In this document: piece after piece, positions 1 to 10,200 of the stretch
How the letters are laid out: each line of letters starts with the position of its first letter
Numbering within the stretch: position 1 is the stretch's first letter
Assembly: GCA_002245135.1 (NCBI GenBank)
Contig: NGBS01001171.1
Location: 62,001-85,036 of the forward strand
Direction: 5' to 3'
From: Proteromonas lacertae
Lineage: Eukaryota
Length of the DNA: 23,036 nucleotides
The notes under the pieces: model-generated
The model's input: only the letters and a program-made list of their open reading frames with translations
Databases searched by the model: none
What the model was told of the DNA's origin: nothing
Made by a program: the position numbers and the translations under genes

Positions 1-11
1 TATTATTGTAG

Positions 12-1299
12 TTAATCATGTTGATATTGATCTAGTTTGTATAGCATATAAAGAAATGTCGGATAAGTATAAATTTATTTCAGTTATTCATTTCATATAT
101 TAGTGGTCGTAGAAAAATAGGTCATAAAGAGTTTACTGAATCTGTAGGTTGTGAAGATAACAATCTGGCAAAATTTATATTTGAAAGATATCGTATAAAT
201 TATTCATTTAAATATCTAGATCAATATGAGTGGAATGATTTCTTTCAATTTGTAATAATAATATGCTTTTTTCCTGGTGATTGGTTTATCAGATGTATGA
301 ATATACATTAATTATTGTTGTTCTAATTAAATAGATGTGGCGTCATTTATTGGAATTGAACATGATAGACAAGAATTAGACATTAATGAAGTAGCTGCAT
401 TGACATCCCTACTAGGAAATGCTAATTTAATAAAAAATGCAAATGAAAACGAAAAACCATTAGAATTTCCATTATCGATAATTAAATTCGAACATCTTCT
501 AGCAGAAACACCTGATTCAATCCGTTATCTAAATTCATTACAAACATCAGTGACAAGTTATGTATTTAACAATACAAAGAAAGCTTATGAGATATACCAA
601 CGAAGAAAAAGGATCAATTATAAAAGAGAATATGTTGATAATCATCATGGTGAATTACCTCCATTAACCTGTAAAGAATATATGAAAAAAATATTTTCTA
701 AAAACCATCGACATCCTTATATTTATGACTATGAAATTACAGGTAATTCTGAGAGAGAGACTCTTTATTTAGTCTTGACTTATTATAGAAATAAATTCTC
801 TAATTTATGCCGTTTAAAGAAGAACAGTAGTACTAAAACATCCTCTGGTGGTACTACAACACCTAACAATAATCCAGGTAATGCAAGTGCATCTAGATCC
901 TACCGATCTATCAATAAATCAATAACCAATCTTATAGCGGAGGAATGTAGTAATGGAATACCTACTTCCAGTGGTGGTGGTGGTGAATATAGAGTTACAA
1001 CAACAACAACAACAACAACACTTAATTCGCTTCCAAGTTCACATAATACGAATCCTTTATCACCTGCAGCTACTACAACTATTCTTAATAATACTAATAG
1101 CAGTTCATATAGTAACAGTAATAGCAATAATAATAATAATAATATTATTGTTCCTTTACCTACTAATAGTAGTTTATATACTGGTATTAAAAGGGCTTCT
1201 GTTGTTCCTATTTCGTATAGGACTCAGACTGCTTGTACGGGATGTAGTTCTAGAGCGACTGTTAATTTAGATCCTTTTAATGAAACAATAACAGAATAA
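12..1299 (+). CDS. 5'-partial spliced gene: degenerate EF-hand (calcineurin B-like) protein with a long S/T/N-rich C-terminal tail
   Basis: An intron acceptor TAG ends at 11. Introns 67-103 (37 nt), possibly 193-219 (27 nt, in-frame, no stop) and 295-334 (40 nt) give a continuous frame NHVDIDLVCIAYKEMSDNGRRKIGHKEFTESVGCEDNNLAKFIFERY...YVASFIG that joins ORF 337..1299 (stop TAA 1297-1299). SDNGRRKIGHKEF resembles a degenerate EF loop. The product call is tentative. Confidence 0.6.
998..1020 (+). repeat. Coding (ACA)n microsatellite encoding poly-Thr
   Basis: Run of acaacaacaaca... translated as TTTTTTTT in ORF 337..1299. A nearby (AAT)n at about 1127-1146 encodes poly-Asn. Confidence 0.85.
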
Positions 1300-1330
1300 T
1301 AGAATAGAATGTAACTTAATGAAAAATGAA

Positions 1331-1347
1331 ATATATATATATATATA
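1331..1347. repeat. (AT)n dinucleotide microsatellite in the 3' intergenic region
   Basis: atatatatatatatat is directly visible. Confidence 0.8.
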
Positions 1348-1549
1348 TTATTTATCTTAGTTAATTAATTTGATTTATATTATTGTTTCTTGTTTTTTTT
1401 AATATACAAATAAAAACAAATGGCAATTTACCAAAATAGATTAAATTTAGTTGAAAAATGACTTACAGTAAATTATATATTTACATAAAGTTATATATTA
1501 AAATATGTAGACTAGACAGCATTATTAAATCGTGTAAATTAACAGACAT

Positions 1550-2722
1550 TTAAATTTTGAATTTCTTTAATACATCTTTCATCTCTTCATTTAAATTATC
1601 AAATACAATATTAAATTTAACAATCATATCACCCTTCTCACAACTATTTCTTTCACAATTAAAGTAAATCATTCCACATTTAGGTATTACCATCACTGAA
1701 TTACTCGATTTTAGACCTTCAATGTGTTTATTGATTATTTTACCATCAATAGTTGGAATACTAATCTCAGTACCAAGTAAAGCATCAATCCAATTAATTT
1801 CTACTTCATATATTAAATCATTATTAATGCGCTTATATTTCTTGTTTGGAATTTCTTTTACTACGAATTGGATTGACGTTGGATCATAATCAAGTAAATC
1901 TTTTAATGCACTATATATATTATAAATAAATATAATAATAATAATAATGATAATATACGTTGGAGTTTTTAATACAGTTCCATTGGCGCTTCCTTTAGGT
2001 ACTTCCACTTCTACAAATGCAACTTTTTTACTATTTGTACTTAATCTTAATTGTTTTGTACATCCACTATACAACTCATTTAAACTGCAATTTACATTTA
2101 TTACTTGAGTCTTGGGTGTATAACTGGGGATTTTAAACGATACATTGGTAAAAGAGTAATGTTGTGTATAAGAAGGAGTGTTATTGGAAGGAGGATAAAT
2201 TCTATTGCTATTACTACTACTATTACTAAACTCATTCTTTATATCAGTATTTATTGGAGATTTTGGTAATGATGACGACGAAGATGTATTTGTGCTGAAA
2301 AATTGATCAGTTGGATTAATGATATTAGAAAGATTATTGTTACTATTAGAATAAGTGGTTGTCTGAGTGTAATGACTAGAATTTGAATAATACTCGCTAG
2401 ATGTAGCTGTAGAAGTTGTATAAGAGGTTTGAGTTGAGAAGGGATAGGTATAAGAGTCTAAACTTTCGTATCCAAAAACATCGTACATTTCACGAGCTAA
2501 ATCATCCGTTAAGATAGAATAAGCTTCTACAGCTTTTTGGAATGTTTGCATCGCTTTGGGATTGTTTGGGTTCTTATCTGGATGTTCTTGTAACGCAATT
2601 TGTCGAAAACTAATAATATTACGAAATATTAATCTATACGCATGTTGAATCTCGTGCTTACTAGAATCTCTAGGGATTCCAAGGCGGGCATATAAATCAT
2701 GCGAACTACTACTTCCTTTCAT
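1550..2722 (-). CDS. DNAJB: DnaJ/Hsp40 co-chaperone (class B-like): J domain, S/T/N-rich linker, C-terminal substrate-binding domain
   Basis: J domain DLYARLGI...HPDKNPNNP...EAYSILTD with the HPD motif. C-terminal DnaJ motifs CSLNELYSGCTK and NDLIYEVEINWIDALLG...GDMIVKFNIVF. Introns 2610-2639 (30 nt, restores EIQHAFRQIAL) and 1911-1958 (48 nt, removes the YIIIIII stretch) are both in-frame. Confidence 0.92.
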   Translation of the reverse strand: MKGSSSSHDLYARLGIPRDSSKHEIQHAYRLIFRNIISFRQIALQEHPDKNPNNPKAMQTFQKAVEAYSILTDDLAREMYDVFGYESLDSYTYPFSTQTSYTTSTATSSEYYSNSSHYTQTTTYSNSNNNLSNIINPTDQFFSTNTSSSSSLPKSPINTDIKNEFSNSSSNSNRIYPPSNNTPSYTQHYSFTNVSFKIPSYTPKTQVINVNCSLNELYSGCTKQLRLSTNSKKVAFVEVEVPKGSANGTVLKTPTYIIIIIIIIFIYNIYSALKDLLDYDPTSIQFVVKEIPNKKYKRINNDLIYEVEINWIDALLGTEISIPTIDGKIINKHIEGLKSSNSVMVIPKCGMIYFNCERNSCEKGDMIVKFNIVFDNLNEEMKDVLKKFKI

Positions 2723-2829
2723 TAAAAATAAATAATTAGTTATTCAGTATTATGAAAATTGAGATGTTAATAAGTGAGTTTAACGTTTGATTCTAAACGA
2801 ATAAGAAAAACAAAATTTTTGAAACAAAA

Positions 2830-2855
2830 TTCTAGAAAGTTCCATTCGAATGTTC
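2830..2855. promoter_or_regulatory. Heat-shock element (HSF binding site) upstream of the Hsp40 gene
   Basis: A perfect three-unit HSE TTCtaGAAagTTC at 2830-2842 and a second GAAtgTTC at 2848-2855 lie about 110-130 nt upstream of the DnaJ ATG (2722). Confidence 0.7.
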
Positions 2856-3381
2856 TATAATAATAATCTTCTTTCAAAATCACTTTTTTGCTAATCTATT
2901 TCTTAATATCCACTATTTATAAACTTTTGTATAAATAAATTTTTGATTTCTAAAAGAATGAGTAAAATGTTTTTATAAATTTGAGATTTATTTGACAGAA
3001 AATGATGTGTTGTTTTGATTATTGAGATAAATGAAGTAAAATGTTTATTCAGCACATCAAAATAGGGAAATTACTTTTCATCATATTTTTCGATAACCCA
3101 TTTTGGACTTTATCGAAATTTTATTTTTCATTCCTCCTCCATACAAAGGTAGTGCAGATTTATTTATTTAGTGTCACAAAAACATAGCCACATCTAATTC
3201 CTAATTACATTCACTAGACATCATAATGAAAAAATGAAACTTACATACCGCTTTTTTCTTTTTATTGATGTTATATGTCTCAATATGTTGTTTTTCTACC
3301 ATGTGCATCATACAATTCTAAGCTAACATCGAATAAAAAGAATAATTAAAATTGTTCGTTTCATTTTTTAAAATTTATTGA

Positions 3382-6300
3382 ATGACATTTATATATAAAC
3401 TGATCGTTTTATTATTTATTTTAGTGTATTATGGAACAAATGCAAGTACAGAATTGGAGAATGTTTCAGATTCCAAGGATATGGCAATAGTTGTAAATAA
3501 CAAGCTCAATTGTAGTTTAGTTGAAGAATATTTTCGCTTTATATATACACCGAAAATAAGTAAGTATCAATTACCTTCGAATAAGTACATTTCGGTATGT
3601 CAGGATTATGTAAAGGAAAATATTGATTATAAAAAAATTGGTTCATTTTACTTATTTATTCCTGCAAGTTTGCTTCCTTCAATTCCTAGTAGATACAAAA
3701 AGTATAAATTACGTGATTTATTTATTGTAGAATCGCTGTATTGCATAGTGACAATACTTATAATAACAGTGATATTATATTCACCAATATAAACTCAACA
3801 TCTAAATACATTCATCGACTATTTTCTTCTTCTGATAGTATATATGGTTTTAATATATACATAAAATAGGTTATTCATATTTTAGTGATAGTTTTAAAGA
3901 CAATAATATATCAGTAGAGAGTAAAAGAACATATCACGATTTAGTATTTCTTACTATCTATCATATATTTCATTTAGATGGATTTTATAAATCACAATAT
4001 AAATCAGTTTGGTATACTACACGATAGTCTTTATCCATTTGAAGATAAGCGATTTAAAATTGTTAAAAGGATAGATAATAAAGAATCTAATTATAGAGAT
4101 GATGATTATTATTTACTTTCTAACAGAGAATACAATGAATATAGTGATATATATTATCATCTATTTACACACAATCTAATGAATGATTTTTATTGGTCAT
4201 TTCCATCAGAAACGAACAAATTTACAAAATCAATACAATACTCAAATCAAATGTTTGAGAATAAGATAATAAATGAATGGAATATAACCATAAATACAGA
4301 TATTGAATATGTAAATGATAATATACAAATAAAATGGAGAAATTGTGACAGTTTAAATGACTATGAAATAGAACAATTAGGAGAATGTGTTAATAAACAT
4401 AAAATAGTGAAATATAAACTAAAAGATGGAGTAAAATGTATAAAGATATTAAAAGAAGAAGAATTAATGTTTAATGTTGGTTGTACAAGTATATATATAT
4501 AATATTATATATATAGATAAGTTTGAGAAAGAAATGATGGGATTGAATATAGTGTTTTTAATTATCATTCTAATCATTGAAATATTATTGATAATATTTA
4601 GAAATAATATTGTTATTATTAAAATGAATAGAGTTTTTCCATTAGTAATACCAAGTATATATATATATATAATTATTGATATTTTATATAGTTTTATCAT
4701 TTCTTTCAATTATCATTATGTTTTTTATTACAACAAACACTCAAACTGATAATACAGCATTATGTATATCGTTATATTTACTTCATTTTATTATCAGTTC
4801 ACTATTATCAAAGTATAAATATAAATAAATAAATAAATATAAATATATATATAGAGTAATTATACTATTCTTTTGGTATAATAAAGAGTCAGTAAAAGAT
4901 CCAACACATTTCGTCAAACACTCAATTCTTTCAATGTTATTGTTATTCCTAATATCACCTGATATAATTTTATATATAATAATGATATTTGTATCACCAA
5001 TTCAGATTAATTCAGAGATGTATAATGTTAATGGTTTTTCATATAATCTAAATTTCTGTGAATTACATATAAAACATACAATGTCAATATTATATATAAT
5101 TATTGAAACATTTTATTTATTTTATTGTTTTAATGATATTTATGATTTATTAAGGATTACTTCATTTGAAAGTGAATGTTTTTTCATATTATTAAGTGGA
5201 GCAATTAATGTATGTGTTTATATTACAAATATGCTATTATTCTTCAAATCCAGTGATACAATAAACCATTCTTTTACTATCTTTCTCTTCTACAGTTTAT
5301 CCAATATAATTATTTTATTAATGTTCTATATACCAATATTTGTAAAGATATGTAAAGAAGATAAAAGAATTGCACCGATTGAGTCATTTAGTAGTGTAAT
5401 TGATGATCCTTTTCTCTCATATTTCTTTCAAAGTTATAGTAAATGTAATGATCGATATAATGATGTATTTTCATTTTATATAAGTTGTGTTGAATATGAA
5501 AAATGTATGACAAGAGAAGGAGCAGAATTGTTATATGAACAGTATATATTTATTATATATAAACAGATTATTTTCTTATGGAGATTTACCAATTAATCAA
5601 AATACAATTGACATGATTCAAGATGCTATTGGTGATAGAAATCATCCAATCACTGAAGATTTATTCACAGAAGCCAAACGACAAGTATTACAATATTTAG
5701 AGGAGGAAGTATATCCAGGATTCTTACATTCTGATATATTAAATTCATTATATACAATTCTACCAGAGTATTAAATATGTCATTATATATATATTTCAAA
5801 TAGTGTTCAAAAGATTGAAGCAACTAATGACAGTTGTAGAAAAGCAATGATATGTGTAATTACATACTCAATGACTCAAAGACCTTCTAATTTATTACCT
5901 TATAGTAATTCACTACATGGACATAGTAATATAAATTCAAGATATATTCAAAATAAATCAGTAGGAAAAGGATTGTTGGTATATATTTTTTATTATTTTA
6001 TTATTTTATTTTATGTTATTAGAATTCATTAGTAAGTAGTGTATTAGTCGCAGAAGATGTAATAAAGGTAAGAAAAAGTCGTCGAAAGAGTTTAAATAAT
6101 AATAAACCTTCAATTTCTACTCCTAAAAGAAGTACAAGAGCATCTTCAAGAATTCCAAGAGATAGTGATCAAATATCCAATTCATCAATTATAAAACCAT
6201 TAAAAATGAATCAATTATTTAATGTTACCAATGAAATAGCAAAAAGTAGTGTTAGAGATAGTATTGATAAGAAGAATATAGATAGAAAATCAATGTTGAA

Positions 6301-6538
6301 TTCATTTGTTACAGATGATATTTCTAGAAAGAATAAATCGATTAATAATCGAATATTATCTGATGATAGTATAAGTGGTAGAACTGTTGCTACTACTAAA
6401 ACTAATAATAATAATAATAATAATGAAAATAGTGGTATATATGGAAAGAGAAGAATGGGAATGAGTGGAATAGATTTAAAGGCATTTGAAGATGCACTGA
6501 AACAATTGGAAGATAGTAGTGATAGTGAATCTAGTTAA
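3382..6538 (+). CDS. 7TM-RGS receptor-like protein (~949 aa): signal peptide, ~330-aa ectodomain, class C-like 7TM, RGS domain, low-complexity tail
   Basis: Nine GT-AG introns (3702-3730, 3838-3869, 3944-3977, 4489-4516, 4655-4691, 4813-4854, 5542-5566, 5768-5803, 5979-6022) join seven ORF-track fragments into one frame of 2850 nt with no internal stop. There are seven hydrophobic helices at about 4537-5342. RGS signatures are FSSVIDDPFLSYFFQSY...FSFYISCVEY and DLFTEAKRQVLQYLEEEVYPGFLHS. Confidence 0.8.
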
Positions 6539-6849
6539 TTTTTTAAATATAATTTAATAGTTGTTTTAGTTTTATTATGTTTTGAAAATATGTTTGATAT
6601 ATCAAGCCTATTTTTTTAATTTTTTATATTGAAAGAACAACATCATCTACAGCTTAATATGTATTAATAAATGTTGTTCTTCAGTATTAATATTGACTTT
6701 TCATATTCAAAGGAGATAGATATAGAAGGTAAATAAAATGATTTCAATACCATGAATAAAATTGTTTTTTATATCGAACACTCATTATAAAATGGTTCTA
6801 TCATATTATTGTTTGTAAATCATTTATAATATAATATTAAAGTTATAAC

Positions 6850-7137
6850 TTAACTTTCCAAAATCATCTTAATATCTTCCCTACACATCTCTAGTGTATA
6901 TTTTACTTTATTTGGTTTATCCAAGTTGATTATATACTATTTACCATTCTCACTTTCTAATATCAATAAATAATTGGTTGAATTAAACTTCACACTATAC
7001 ATATTCATATTCTTTATTTCATTGGGTAATTCTATTAATTCTATCTCTATTGAACTATCATTTTCATTACTCTCTAATCTGGTAGTAAGGACTATAAATT
7101 TACCATTTTCGAATATGATAACAATTTTAACAAAATA
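6850..7137 (-). pseudogene. Decayed coding remnant, beta-propeller/WD40-like fragment with an internal stop
   Basis: The minus frame reads YFVKIVIIFENGKFIVLTTRLESNEND...SVKFNSTNYLLILESENGK*YIINLDKPNKVKYTLEMCREDIKMILES*. It has an in-frame TAG at 6937-6939, no start codon, and a repeated hydrophobic-ENGK-hydrophobic pattern. Confidence 0.4.
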
Positions 7138-7209
7138 TTAATCTTTATGTTATGTATTTCAAACAAAAGAATAAAATAATAATAATAATGAAAGTTAATT
7201 GAAGAATGA

Positions 7210-10200
7210 TTATATTCTTACAGCTGAATCTTTCAAAGCATCAACTATATGCTCTGTTGTTTTTCGAACATGTTTTGTTCTTCCTCCTATTCGAACATAA
7301 ATACAATAACCTCCTAAAAATAAAACTCCTCCTCCAATTATACAACCAATTATTATTCCAATTAATGCACCAACTATACTTCCTGAACATTCATCGATTG
7401 GAGATTGCCAAACTGCATTTCCATCTACATAAATACATCTTCTCATTATATAACCAGACCGACCTCCTCCACATTTCATTATAGCATTATCACCTACTAA
7501 AGTTTCTGGAAAACCACCATTTGCTGAACATTTTTTTGCTATAAATTCTAATGTGATTGTTACACTCGCTGATTTACCATTCATATCTATTACTGTAATT
7601 AAATAATCTTGTGGTTCAACATCAACAACTGATACTCCTTGTAAATAACCAGATGGATAAATCATAAAACCATCTGGTAATGATGGATTTACTGAAACTG
7701 ATAAACCATCTCCAACTACATCAAATAATTGAATTGACACTAACGCTCCTGTTGCAACTGTTACATCTACTTTTACTGTTGAATCAGGAATCACTGGTGT
7801 TTCACTTTTTATTACTTTGATTGATATTTTCAATTGAATTGACACTTTTCCATTAGATACATTGATTGTATAAGTTGTATTTCGATTAACTGTTTTGGCA
7901 TAACCAGAAAATCTTCCATTCTTTGAATCCATTGTTATTCCAATAGGTAATGTTGGAGTGATTGAGAACACTAAATTTGAACCACTCACTACAAAGAATT
8001 GAGCATTGAATAATTCTACTCCTGTACATAATACAACTGATTCATTTTGACTAATTATTACTGGATTATCTGATTCAATTATTGAAACTGGAATTACTTT
8101 TGAAATTGTTTCACCACTAGCATAACATGAGAATGTATAATTAACAGCTGATTGAATTGGAGCTGTTACTTTTCCACTTATTGCACCTGTCATTGTATTA
8201 TAAGTTAAATTTGAAGGTAAATCTTTATCAATTCTGTAAGATAATTTCTCAGCATAACACACTATTGGATATTGATTCTGATAATCCATCATATAAACCA
8301 ATTCCAATTTATCTACAGATTCAACCATTACTGGTGTAAAAGGTAATGTGATTATAATTCTAATTGTTCTTGTAGCAAAATGACCTGCTGTATTCTTAAT
8401 AGTAAATAAATATTCTTTATCACTTGGTGCAACTGCTTTACCATAAAGATAACCAGCTGATGAATTTAAGTATAAACCTTGTGGAAGTTTCTCTACACTA
8501 TATGTCACTGGAAAAGGACTTTCTATCCTGAATAATTGATGAGGTTTTAATTCTTCATAAACATCAGCTAGAAAATTTCTTAAATATCCCCATATAATAA
8601 GATTATTGGCTGGTTTAACAATTAATGTCATTGTTATTTCATCTGATCCGTAGTTATTCGAAGCTGTAAATGTTACTATAAATGTCCCACTTTTTATTGG
8701 AACCCCAGTTATTAAACCACTGCCTTTATCATAATATAATTCAGGAATAAATTTATTTGGTGGACAACTAGGACAGTTAAAATTATAATATGTTGGATTT
8801 CCTGTTACTTCATATATTGATTCAATATCATAATATACTCCAGCTTCAAAAGTAAAAGTCTTTTCTGTATTGATAAATTTGGGAGGTTCATTACATGTTG
8901 TATTTACTTCAATCCAAATACCAAAGTTTGAACAGTAGAAAAAGCTTTCACCAGATAAACCTGGAGTTGTACAATTTGCTTTAAAGAATGTATTGGATAT
9001 TCCTTCTGGAAGATTTGCTATAGAATTAATAGGACATTTCTTAGTACGACATAAATGATATCCAATTTTTTCTACTCCCATTTGCTTTTCATCCCATTCA
9101 TATTGGTTAGATTTTGGTATATCTACTCTTAAACTATTATATAATGTATAAGGATCTACATTGAAGGTTGCTCTTCCAGGTGATAATTGAACTTTCTTCA
9201 ATGCGAAATACTCAACTGGATCTAATGAAACTATATCAACTTTTCTTGTATCTGTCACACCACTTAGTAATACTTTTATTGGACAATTATAGGGATAATC
9301 AGTAAAGGCAAAGATGGTGAACTGATTAAATGCATAATGATTATTTTCACCAAATGAATAATCTGCATATGAGTAACCATCAACAGTGCCATACCAATCT
9401 CTCCATCCTGGTCCAGTTGATAAATCAAATGCATTTTCAGATGTATAATCTGTATATTTAATACCATAACTTTTACTTGATGAATCTATCACTCTTCCTC
9501 CATGAAGTGATAATACAATACAATCTTCATCATTATCTCCTTCTAATGGGAATATAAAGAATTTATCTTCGTTGGGGAAATTATCATCATTTGGACTTTT
9601 ATGTATTTCATAAGTTATAATTGCTGTTTCATTTAAATAATCGATTGGCAATATGAAATTCTCTTCTTTTGCTCTTTCATACACAGTATCTCCAGGTGTA
9701 TTTTCATTGACATCACCAACTGGTAAATTATCTCGAAATATTACTCTTCCATTTACTCGAACTATTACACCAGATCGATGTTTAATTCTAATGATATAAC
9801 CTGCATACTGATCATATTTAGAGAATGTTAATGCATGTCTTAAATAATATGTTGGTTTAGAGAGTGATGTTTGTGGAAGTGCTTTGATTGTTGATGATTG
9901 CCATGAAACTGAACCATTCTTAAATTCCCAAGATGGAAAATAATGTTGACTATATTGCCATTCAGTATGTGTATCAATAATATAATTAACTATTTAATAA
10001 ATAATAATATAATTTTACATACAGTTAAATGTTTTATTTACTTCACCATTATCAGTATCAAATACTGTGTATGTCCCTATAACTGATTTTCCAACTGATA
10101 TGGTTATATTTGAATTTCCCCATCCACGTCCACTGAAATCAATTAATCTCAAAGTATATAATCCTTTTGTTATACACATCTTTACTCTGTCAATGCTACT

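Noticed and set aside
900..1270. ORFs 900..1127 (-) and 953..1270 (+)
   Set aside because: They are shadow frames of the microsatellite-rich tail of the first gene.
4464..4709. ORF 4464..4709 (-)
   Set aside because: It is antisense to 7TM-RGS exons and introns, and its Ile-rich composition reflects AT bias.
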